Positions 8,956 through 16,989 of a stretch of 19,599 nucleotides of DNA are shown here, piece by piece. How positions within the stretch are numbered: position 1 is the stretch's first letter; each line of letters opens with the position of its first letter. The notes beneath the pieces are model-generated. The model ran no database searches, was not told the DNA's origin, and saw only the letters and a program-made list of their open reading frames with translations. Both the position numbers and the translations under genes were made by a program. The DNA is taken from assembly GCA_964473825.1 (NCBI GenBank), contig CAYYQL010000046.1:1-19599 (forward strand). Reading direction: 5' to 3'. This DNA is from an uncultured archaeon. GTDB lineage: Archaea > Asgardarchaeota > Thorarchaeia > Thorarchaeales > Thorarchaeaceae.

Positions 8956-9608
8956 CTAGTCATGTCGTTTCTTGAAGGTGAAGAGTACAACTACAGCAAT
9001 TAGAGAAACGAGTACAGCACTGAAAGACAAGAGGATCAGACCATCGAAACCTCCACCGTTGGTTGTCTGAGTAGCGCTTGTGACATAGCGCCGAGGAAAT
9101 CGGTCAATGCTGTTCGAGAGGCCAGCGATCTGATACACGGCCCCCCGGCATAGTCGCTCCAGGCATTGCCTATTACACCGTTGTCCCAAGCGTTATTCTC
9201 AGAATCGTCGTATCCGTTGGACAGATTGTTCCATCCGAGCCGGTTGTTGAATACAAGATTGGAATCACTCCCGAAACCAAGACGAATGCCGTAACGCTCA
9301 TTGAACACAATCTCGTTCCCCGATAGCGTGCTGTTGTCTGTGGCAGATAGGTACACTCCATCGAGATTTCCACGAATAGTGTTATCGTGGACTGAGCATC
9401 GAGAGCATTGGAAGAGGTAGATCCCGACCCGCAAGGTTCCGTGGATTGAGTTGTTCAGGAAACTGCTCATGAGCCTGTTAGCGGCAGGACCTTCGAAGCT
9501 GAGGTGTGGCTTGCAGAGTGCAATAGGGCCTGCAAAACAGAGGTGCATGATAGCGATTACAAGTAGGAAACGACTGCCAGTGTGCACTGCATCATACCAC
9601 AAAGTCAA
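8956..9608 (-). pseudogene. Frameshifted NosD/CASH right-handed beta-helix surface protein with C-terminal membrane anchor
   Basis: ORF 9036-9608 has GIYL/GVYL/GIRL-N repeats and GNAWSDY. ORF 8956-9189 continues in another frame with VYQIAG....DRFP, a Thr/Gly linker, a TM helix and KKRH. The frames join at the C6 run 9141-9146. Confidence 0.75.
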
Positions 9609-9748
9609 TCCTTATGGGATGCGTATATAGAACAGCAATCTAGCAACCTTTCTGCAATCTGAGAGGGTTACAAAAAGGTATGGCTTTCTGTCTGGAGCCA
9701 GAGCTCAGTCGTTGCTGATTGCTATACTAAAGCCTAGATACAAGCAGC

Positions 9749-10057
9749 CTATTCAGTTGAATCTTCAGCATAGGTGGGCTTTCGATCAGCAACCTCCTCA
9801 TCCTCTTCACGAAGCTTATGTTGGAAGGGGCGTCCCTGACCATATATGTCCGGGTCTTCATCGGTGGTCTTGGACATGATCACAAGAAAGCCACCAAACT
9901 GTATGGCCACAGATGCAATGCTGACTATGAAGACATCAAGAAGGTACTCATGAGTGAAAAGTTGGAGAGCCCAAATCAAGGGATAGGCGATGACCTGAAT
10001 GATGATTCCGCTGAGAAGCAAGATTACCCATTTGTTTGTCCAGTTCGAAGATGCCAT
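9749..10057 (-). CDS. Small two-TM membrane protein with acidic C-terminal tail
   Basis: Two hydrophobic helices followed by a D/E-rich tail. Fills an otherwise empty gap, co-oriented with its neighbours. Confidence 0.7.
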   Translation of the reverse strand: MASSNWTNKWVILLLSGIIIQVIAYPLIWALQLFTHEYLLDVFIVSIASVAIQFGGFLVIMSKTTDEDPDIYGQGRPFQHKLREEDEEVADRKPTYAEDSTE

Positions 10058-10128
10058 TATTGCTCAACTCATGTTTCAAGGTACTGTTTGCCTTCCCGGC
10101 AGGACTACCAATTAAAGATGACTGTGAC

Positions 10129-11088
10129 TTACTGACCTGATTCGTAGATTTCCTTGACCTTTTGGACGACAACCTCGGCCAGTCTTCGGAAATCACGTTG
10201 TGAGATTCTTGGCACACTACTTGTTCGCTCAGGGATATCGAATCTGCCGACAATTACTGCCACATCACCGTCCATGCTGTACTCGGTCAAGACAGGATAT
10301 CTCGTTCCTATGCGATAGATCTCTTCGCCTTCATTCACTCTACCGCTTTTGTACAAAGTTCCAACAACATACGGATAAACAAATCCGGATTCTGATACCT
10401 GTACCTGAAGCGCCACGGTCTCCGGCAGGCCCTCTACGTATATTCTCGGTTCAGCCTCTATGATTGTACGAATGCCAGCTCTAGTCCCCAGAGTTATGCT
10501 ATACCCGGCTCTAACTCCAGGAACAGTCGAGAGTTCTGCTAGGTATTTGTCAAGAGATCCTGTTTCAGGCTCTTTGAAGAACTGCTGAGAATCTATGCCC
10601 ACGCTACCGTAGCCGGCCCAGAAACCCAGAGCAGATGGAATCGTGTAGAGAATCGCTATGAATATGACAGTGTATATCGGTGGAGGGACAGAGAAATCAA
10701 AGGGTATTAGAAACGCGATGATGAGTGCAGGAATCATGAACATTCCACAGACACAGCTGCAGCAGGCATTATCCTTCTTTGTCAGATGCCCATAGGCCTC
10801 ATCAAACTTCTCTTTCATCGTCTGATATTCCGTCAGCTCGACCCAAGTCTTCTGCTTCTTCCACTTCCCAGGTACGTAGTCAATTGCTCTCTTGGAGGCA
10901 GCACCAAAGCCAAGAGAAGCGAGACCAAGAGCAAAGGGAACGAGAGCAAACAGGATGATAAAATTATCAAAGCTCATGTTCTGTATGAGAGAGAATACGG
11001 CCACTGCGATAGCAGCAACCACAAAGAAGGCAAAGAGTTTGTTCACAACCTTCTGCCGGCCATAGTCAATAATCTCTGATTCGCTCAT
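10129..11088 (-). CDS. Uncharacterised 4-TM membrane protein with soluble C-terminal domain (paralog C)
   Basis: 2 TM, charged loop (AIDYVPGKW...FDEAYGHL), 2 TM, soluble domain. Likely start MSESEIID at 11088, overlapping the upstream gene end by 23 nt. Confidence 0.8.
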   Translation of the reverse strand: MSESEIIDYGRQKVVNKLFAFFVVAAIAVAVFSLIQNMSFDNFIILFALVPFALGLASLGFGAASKRAIDYVPGKWKKQKTWVELTEYQTMKEKFDEAYGHLTKKDNACCSCVCGMFMIPALIIAFLIPFDFSVPPPIYTVIFIAILYTIPSALGFWAGYGSVGIDSQQFFKEPETGSLDKYLAELSTVPGVRAGYSITLGTRAGIRTIIEAEPRIYVEGLPETVALQVQVSESGFVYPYVVGTLYKSGRVNEGEEIYRIGTRYPVLTEYSMDGDVAVIVGRFDIPERTSSVPRISQRDFRRLAEVVVQKVKEIYESGQ

Positions 11089-12082
11089 CGTCTTTCCCAC
11101 GCGTCTGTACGGTTCTATCTGTGTCTTCCGAAATAAGAGCATCGTTTGGATGTGATGGGTCTGGTCTAGCAAGACATCGCTTTACATCCTGCATCACTTC
11201 ATAGATCAGTGAATCGACCTCACGGGTCGCGGCATAGAACTCCAGTGCATCCAATACGAACCTCTCAACATGCTGCTTCAGCTCGGAGCTTTTAGCGTCA
11301 TGGTGGAGAACTTTAGAGTGCAAGTCCGAACCCAACTCTACCTCCCGGGTCAGAGCTGTTGTGGGAGACCCTAGCTTCGGTTCGATTATGATTCTTCCTG
11401 CGGACTCGATAGATTCGACGCGTCCGATAGCACCGACGTTTCGGATTGTATAGAGGCCCTGCCACTCCCCTATCGTTAGTCTGACGCCCACCCATGATAT
11501 TCCACAGGCATTAGCGAGAATCTTCACATATGGTTCTATGTCTTTTATGGAAGCGGTCTGAAATTCGCTGCTCGCGGGGGAAGGAGAAGCACGGAAAACA
11601 AACAGCGCAAATGACACACCAAAACCAATGAGAAACGCTGCGTATACATAGGGCGAGTACACGAGACCTAGAACCGAAACTCCGGCCAGAGCGGGAGGTG
11701 CTAGTACTGATGCTGCACCGAAGAATATGAACGTGAACAGCAGGTTCGTGTCAAGATCGACTAGTACTGACGAATACGCCTGGCGGTACTGCTCAACTAG
11801 CTTGCAAAAATCGGAAAAAGATAACTCACGCTCTCGATAGTCCCAATCTGTGCTGCCGATAGCGATCCTGCTCCTGAAGAACCAAGACAGCAATGCAGAG
11901 GCTAAGGCCAAAGTGACAACTAAAATCAGGGAGAAGCCATACCAGTCATGCGGATTCTGCTGATACACTAGGAGAAGGTACTGCGCACGGTCACCAGCAT
12001 GGAATCCCCAGAGTAACACAACTACGAGAACCAGAGCCTGATAGATGAGCGGCCGCCCCAAGTTCAGAGGTTCATCGGTCAA
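11066..12082 (-). CDS. Uncharacterised 4-TM membrane protein with soluble C-terminal domain (paralog B)
   Basis: Same architecture as its neighbours. Likely start TTG 12082 (or 12085) behind GGTGGTGG; ORF track start is 12133. Confidence 0.78.
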   Translation of the reverse strand: MTDEPLNLGRPLIYQALVLVVVLLWGFHAGDRAQYLLLVYQQNPHDWYGFSLILVVTLALASALLSWFFRSRIAIGSTDWDYRERELSFSDFCKLVEQYRQAYSSVLVDLDTNLLFTFIFFGAASVLAPPALAGVSVLGLVYSPYVYAAFLIGFGVSFALFVFRASPSPASSEFQTASIKDIEPYVKILANACGISWVGVRLTIGEWQGLYTIRNVGAIGRVESIESAGRIIIEPKLGSPTTALTREVELGSDLHSKVLHHDAKSSELKQHVERFVLDALEFYAATREVDSLIYEVMQDVKRCLARPDPSHPNDALISEDTDRTVQTRGKDDERIRDY

Positions 12083-12104
12083 CAACCACCACCATCCGCC
12101 GGAA

Positions 12105-13124
12105 TCAGTTAGAGGGATAGTCCGCGGGTACATCGAGTCTTCTCAGAATGTCTCGGCATTCATCTGATGCGATGTCACGGTTAATCGACTCGATAACCAC
12201 AAGCGCCACGGCATTAGCAGTCAACTCAGATACATCCTTCACTCCTAGATTTTCCTTATTCGTGGGCACGGGAAGCTTGACGTAGTATCCCTCATCCTCT
12301 CCTCCAATATGTTTCCGGAAGAGGCGATCCCTGCTTGTCCACCACCAATCAACTGCCGGTGTGTCATCAGTACTCAACAGGCGACAGAAGATGCTGGATA
12401 CAGCTCCTAGTTCCTCAGTCAAAGACTCGATATAGGCGTGCTCTTCAATGCCGCGTATCCGAACCAATACGCGGGGCACCCTATATACTACCAGATCCTT
12501 ATGCTGAGCGGTATCTAGCACAATCCGCACTTGAGAAACTCCAGGCGTGTCCCCTTGGGTTCTTGCCAGATCGAGATTCTCCCGTATCGGGGGAATTTTG
12601 AAGTCTTCGGAGGCATCGTTGGATGTTGCTCGAAACCCGCCATAAGATGACACAGCAAATATCGTCACCAACAGCAGGGCAGTCACCTCATCCACATAGG
12701 CGACAAGCCATGTCATATAGAAGAATGAGTAGAGTGGTACAGCGAGGGTTGCCAATATGAGGAGTACCGGTACAAAGAAGTGCCAGAATTGCGAATCGGA
12801 TATTAGGCGTGAGTAACTCCTGCTGTAGCCCTTCAACAGGCTGTCCAGTTCCTCAATGCCATACTGCTTGGGATCGAAATCCCATCGACGACCTGTGTAG
12901 TCAACGGCATCCTTCTTTCCCTTCCAACCAATCGCAAAGCCGATAGAGCTGGTTGCAAGCGGCACCAAGAAGAACCATGATATCACTACGAAAAGGTCTA
13001 GGTCAGACTGCGGCATGAACAGAGGGGTCAGGAAATACCCTCCTACTCCAGCTAGAATGAGGCAAAATATCTCCAAACCCAAGTGTCTATTCAACGACTT
13101 GTGCTGAACTATCCCTTCATTCAT
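12105..13124 (-). CDS. Uncharacterised 4-TM membrane protein with soluble C-terminal domain (paralog A)
   Basis: 2 TM, loop AVDYTGRRW...YSRSYSRL, 2 TM, FRATSNDASEDF, PGVSQVRIVL. AGGAAGGA upstream of the ATG. Confidence 0.82.
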   Translation of the reverse strand: MNEGIVQHKSLNRHLGLEIFCLILAGVGGYFLTPLFMPQSDLDLFVVISWFFLVPLATSSIGFAIGWKGKKDAVDYTGRRWDFDPKQYGIEELDSLLKGYSRSYSRLISDSQFWHFFVPVLLILATLAVPLYSFFYMTWLVAYVDEVTALLLVTIFAVSSYGGFRATSNDASEDFKIPPIRENLDLARTQGDTPGVSQVRIVLDTAQHKDLVVYRVPRVLVRIRGIEEHAYIESLTEELGAVSSIFCRLLSTDDTPAVDWWWTSRDRLFRKHIGGEDEGYYVKLPVPTNKENLGVKDVSELTANAVALVVIESINRDIASDECRDILRRLDVPADYPSN

Positions 13125-13225
13125 CGTGGCCCATCCTTCCTGCTGTGCCGCTCGCCTACTCCTTTAAGCGTTGCTAGAAGGCCACAATGTTTATTAACCA
13201 TTGTTAATGCGCATTTTTGATGACA

Positions 13226-13708
13226 ATGTTGAAAGTTGGAGATAAAGCACCAAACTTCGAAACCACAACCGAGTCTGGTGAAGAATTCAGACTAAGCGAC
13301 TACAGAGGAGAGAAGATAGTTCTCTATTGGTATGTTAAAGACAACACGACTGGATGTCAGGCGGAGTCCTGTTCCTTGAGAGATAGCTATGACGTCTTCC
13401 AATCAAATGATATTCGAGTCTTCGGAATCGGCCCTGGTTCAGAGAAGACACACCAGAGTTTCAAGTCCAAGAACAAACTCCCATTTCCGCTTCTGATAGA
13501 TGAGAATAATGAGATTGCAGAACTCTATGACGTGTGGGGAAAGAAGAAGATGTATGGCAAAGAGTACATGGGCATCATTCGCACAACGTTCCTCATCGAT
13601 GAAAATGGGAAAATTGAAGGCGTATTTGGCGGGCCCGATGGTATCGAGAAGGTCAAGACCAAGGAGCATGCCGATCAAGTAATAGGCTTCTGGGAACTCA
13701 AGCTATAG
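13226..13708 (+). CDS. bcp: BCP/PrxQ peroxiredoxin, copy 1
   Basis: LKVGDKAPNF, WYVKDNTTGCQAESC (CxxxxC), LPFPLL.D, YDVWGKKKMYGKEYMGIIRTTFLIDENG. Start ATG 13226 or 13220. Confidence 0.93.
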   Translation: MLKVGDKAPNFETTTESGEEFRLSDYRGEKIVLYWYVKDNTTGCQAESCSLRDSYDVFQSNDIRVFGIGPGSEKTHQSFKSKNKLPFPLLIDENNEIAELYDVWGKKKMYGKEYMGIIRTTFLIDENGKIEGVFGGPDGIEKVKTKEHADQVIGFWELKL

Positions 13709-13753
13709 AGAATGCAATGCTGAAAATCTATCATCATGAGGAGAAAGTGAGAA

Positions 13754-14227
13754 ATGCTTCAAGTAGGAGATAAGGCACCTGACTTCGAGACAGTGGACGA
13801 GTCAGGCAATACGTTCAGACTGAAAGACCATAGAGGGAGCAAGTTCGTGCTCTATTTCTACCCCAAAGATGAAACACCTGGATGCACTGCAGAAGCTTGT
13901 TCAATCCGAGACAACTACCAAACGTTCCAAGAGGCCGGAATACCTGTTTTTGGAATATCTGGTAAAGATGCAAACTCACACCAGAAGTTCAAAGAGAAAC
14001 ACAACCTTCCGTTTCCTCTACTAGTGGATGAGAATTTCGAAATCGCAAAGATGTATGATGCGTACAGTAGACTGAGTGTCATCGGTTTCGGTGTGAAACG
14101 TATAACGTATCTCATCGATGAGAAGGGCAAAATCGAGGGAATCTTCGGCGGTCCAGCAGGCGAAGAAGGCGTCATATCAAGTCAACACGCAGAGCAGATA
14201 GCAGGCTTTTGGGGACTCAAACTCTAG
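13754..14227 (+). CDS. bcp: BCP/PrxQ peroxiredoxin, copy 2
   Basis: Canonical YFYPKDETPGCTAEAC, SHQKFKEKHNLPFPLL, RITYLIDEKG. Confidence 0.95.
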   Translation: MLQVGDKAPDFETVDESGNTFRLKDHRGSKFVLYFYPKDETPGCTAEACSIRDNYQTFQEAGIPVFGISGKDANSHQKFKEKHNLPFPLLVDENFEIAKMYDAYSRLSVIGFGVKRITYLIDEKGKIEGIFGGPAGEEGVISSQHAEQIAGFWGLKL

Positions 14228-14425
14228 CACTTCTACCAGAGAATGTCAGGTGAGTTGTGACAGGCCATGAAGCCCACTGACCCCGTTTGAGGGTGAAGAA
14301 ACAAAGATGAATGTTAAGTCACGATAGTCTTTTCATATGTTAAAATTCGTCATTAGGAAATATTAATACTGACTGCTAGTTCGAAGACAGAAGTCATCTT
14401 ACAAAGATAGCCGTGAGTGGAGTAC

Positions 14426-14986
14426 ATGACTGAAGAAGCAAAAGAAAGGAAAGAACCTGCATCGCGTCGAAGGCCGGCTATTGTAGATCCTGAGTTCAAA
14501 CATGAGGTGTTGAGAGAACCGGGTGGCGAAAGCCTGAGACTGTGTTTCCAGTGCGGTACGTGTACTGCAGGATGCATCATTGCAGAGCACAGTGATGAAT
14601 ACCAAGGGCCTCGAAAAATCATACGAATGGCTCAGCTCGGCCTAGTTGAAGACCTTCTCTCCAGCCCCGAGCTATGGTTCTGTAGTACGTGTTATTCCTG
14701 TACCGAGGTGTGCCCGCAAGGGGTCACTCCAAAAGACATCATCAGAGTGCTTCAGAATCTGGCTGTGAAGAAAGGTTACGTGCCAAAGGGATATCAGAAA
14801 ATTGCTGAGAATATCGTGAAAACGGGATGGGCTCAAAAGGTCAGCAGCTTCAAGATGAAGAAAAGAGAGAAACAGGGCCTCCCACCGATTCCAGACACTG
14901 ATCAGGTCGAGGTTGAGAAGCTCATGAAGGTCACTGGGCTCAATGCAATTGCTGAAGCTGAAGAAGCGGAGGAGGAAGAAAAATGA
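14426..14986 (+). CDS. hdrC: Heterodisulfide reductase subunit C
   Basis: CFQCGTCTAGC and LWFCSTCYSCTEVCP [4Fe-4S] motifs, PRKIIR..QLG, R..QGLPP. ATGA overlap with hdrB. Start ATG 14426 or GTG 14417. Confidence 0.93.
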   Translation: MTEEAKERKEPASRRRPAIVDPEFKHEVLREPGGESLRLCFQCGTCTAGCIIAEHSDEYQGPRKIIRMAQLGLVEDLLSSPELWFCSTCYSCTEVCPQGVTPKDIIRVLQNLAVKKGYVPKGYQKIAENIVKTGWAQKVSSFKMKKREKQGLPPIPDTDQVEVEKLMKVTGLNAIAEAEEAEEEEK

Positions 14987-15933
14987 GCAGTACAGAACCA
15001 AAAGACATCTCGATTCCAGACGTAGAGGAGCATGCCGAGCCTGTCAGATACAGCTTTTTCCTTGGATGTGTCATACCCAATAGAGAAGCAGACTATGAGG
15101 TTGCCACGAGACGCGTGTGCAAAGAACTCGGAATCGAGCTTCTCGAGATGAAAGGGGCTAGTTGTTGCGGTCTCCCTGTGGATATGGTGAGTCATGAGTC
15201 TTCATTGGCTCTTGCCGCTAGGAACCTGACGATTGCTGAAGAGATGGGACTTGATATTCTTGCGATCTGCACTGGTTGCACTGGAGCACTCGCAAAAGCA
15301 AACATCAGCCTGAAGGAGAACAGAGGAATTCGGGATCATGTTAACACCGAGCTTGCTGAGATTGGCCGGAAGTTCGAGGGCAAAATCGAAGTCAAACATC
15401 TTGTTCGTGCTCTTGTGGAGGATTTTGGCCTGAATAATATAAGGAAACGGATCAAGCGCCCTCTGAAGAACCTCAAGATTGCAGGGCACTACGGCTGCCA
15501 CGTGCTCATGCCTGGCAAGTATCTCCAATTCGATGACCCAGGCAATCCCCGCTTTCTGAATGAACTGATTGAACTCACCGGGGCCAAGCTAGTTAGATAT
15601 GAGGGCGAGCGGGACTGCTGCGGGGCTATGATAATCACGGTCAATACGGATATTCCTACTGAGCTTGTTGGAAGAAAACTTCACAATGTGAAAAATGCAG
15701 GAGCAGACGCACTTGTAACAGTGTGTCCATCATGCCATCTGCAGTACGACGGGAATCAGGCAATGGCTGAGAAGAAGTATGGTGAAGAATTCGGCATTCC
15801 AGTCTTGCACTACCCACAACTACTCGGACTTGCCTTAGGTATTCCAGCAGAGGAACTCGGACTGGACAGCCTGAAGGTTAAACCCACATCTCTCTTGAAG
15901 GAACTGGAGAGAGGGGAAGAAGAGGGAGTCTAG
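14983..15933 (+). CDS. hdrB: Heterodisulfide reductase subunit B
   Basis: Two CCG domains: FFLGC..SCCG..ICTGC and HYGCH..DCCG..VCPSCHLQYD. C-terminal IPVLHYPQLLGLALG. Confidence 0.95.
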   Translation: MSSTEPKDISIPDVEEHAEPVRYSFFLGCVIPNREADYEVATRRVCKELGIELLEMKGASCCGLPVDMVSHESSLALAARNLTIAEEMGLDILAICTGCTGALAKANISLKENRGIRDHVNTELAEIGRKFEGKIEVKHLVRALVEDFGLNNIRKRIKRPLKNLKIAGHYGCHVLMPGKYLQFDDPGNPRFLNELIELTGAKLVRYEGERDCCGAMIITVNTDIPTELVGRKLHNVKNAGADALVTVCPSCHLQYDGNQAMAEKKYGEEFGIPVLHYPQLLGLALGIPAEELGLDSLKVKPTSLLKELERGEEEGV

Positions 15934-15945
15934 GAGGCAGAGACC

Positions 15946-16467
15946 ATGTGGAATTACTACGCAGTCTGGAGAGTCTTGGAGGAATTGCTTGGCGATCTCA
16001 AGGAAAGAGATGTCGAGATACCTGCAGGCTTCCTGACAAAACTGAAGGCTGTCCACGGGAATATCAACATCCTGAAGGCGGACCCCACCTATGAAGACAC
16101 CATGGTGGAGGTGGAGGAGCAATTGAACAACCTAGAGGGACAATTAGTCTATCTTGCTGAGAACAAAGTGGGTCCAGAATATGCGGACAAATGGATAGCT
16201 AGAATCAAACAGGCTAGAGAGTCTGAGCCTGAGGTATCTCGGGCAAGACCGTTCTCGCCGGGGGTTCCACGAGCAGACTACTGGATCCGCCTTACAGTAG
16301 GAGAGGTAATCAGAGAGGAGGAAATAAAGGAAATGACCTCAGAGTTGGGCCTCTCAATCAAAGAGGAAGACCCCGATACAGTCATAATTCACGGTGAAGA
16401 GGCAAAGGTAAAGAGCTTGGTCAAGAACATGACTGCGAAGATGAGAGAAGAGAGAGACAGAGCCTAG
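15946..16467 (+). CDS. DUF2096-like archaeal protein
   Basis: W.VLEELL.DL......IP N-terminus, GPEYADKW, F.PGVPR..WIRL. This family is commonly found near hdrCB in archaea. GGAGG RBS. Confidence 0.7.
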   Translation: MWNYYAVWRVLEELLGDLKERDVEIPAGFLTKLKAVHGNINILKADPTYEDTMVEVEEQLNNLEGQLVYLAENKVGPEYADKWIARIKQARESEPEVSRARPFSPGVPRADYWIRLTVGEVIREEEIKEMTSELGLSIKEEDPDTVIIHGEEAKVKSLVKNMTAKMREERDRA

Positions 16468-16475
16468 GCTCTGTC
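16456..16475. terminator. Perfect 20-bp palindrome between convergent operons (candidate bidirectional terminator or processing hairpin)
   Basis: GACAGAGCCT|AGGCTCTGTC is self-complementary and centred on the DUF2096 stop codon, 9 nt from the opposing gene's stop. The terminator role is inferred. Confidence 0.5.
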
Positions 16476-16484
16476 ATACTTGTT

Positions 16485-16976
16485 CTATTTCTCGGCCTCT
16501 GCGGCTTCAGCTGCCAAAATTCGTGCAGTCGTTGCAGCTATTCGAGACTTCCGTGCTACAATTTCGCGGCTCTGCAGTGAGATAGCCTCCACTGGACAGA
16601 CTTCTATGCATTTTGGCTCGCCTTCACAAAGGTCACAGACGATAGCAATTCTGTCAGGGCCCACCGTGATGGCACCAAAATCGCACGCTTCAACGCACCA
16701 ACCACATCCATTGCACTTGTCTTCATCGACGATGATATGACCGTCTTTCTCACTCTGTTGCAGAGCATCCCTCGGGCAAGCGATGACACACGGGGCGTCT
16801 TCGCACATTATGCAAGCTATCGCGAGATTACTGCTCGGATAGACACGAACCGCCCTAATCCGAGACCTGATGGGGTTGAAGACCCCGTCTTTCTCAAGGG
16901 AACATGCATATTCACAGACAGTACAACCAGTGCAGAGATCTGGATCGCAACTCACAAACTTGTGTGCTTTCGTCAT
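16485..16976 (-). CDS. 4x[4Fe-4S] electron-transfer subunit (AorA/HydN/CooF-like) for AOR
   Basis: CTGCTVCEYAC, SRIR, CIMCEDAPCVIACP, CNGCGWCVEAC, CDLCEGEPKCIEVCP. Start MTKAHKF at 16976 behind GGAGGT. Confidence 0.92.
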   Translation of the reverse strand: MTKAHKFVSCDPDLCTGCTVCEYACSLEKDGVFNPIRSRIRAVRVYPSSNLAIACIMCEDAPCVIACPRDALQQSEKDGHIIVDEDKCNGCGWCVEACDFGAITVGPDRIAIVCDLCEGEPKCIEVCPVEAISLQSREIVARKSRIAATTARILAAEAAEAEK

Positions 16977-16989
16977 TCTGTTACCTCCA

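Noticed and set aside
14228-14416. Structured RNA in the bcp-hdrC gap
   Set aside because: Only short, bulged pairings; the AT-rich part is adequately explained as a promoter.
13226-16467. Selenoprotein or SECIS signals in Prx/Hdr genes
   Set aside because: All catalytic positions are Cys codons with no in-frame TGA.
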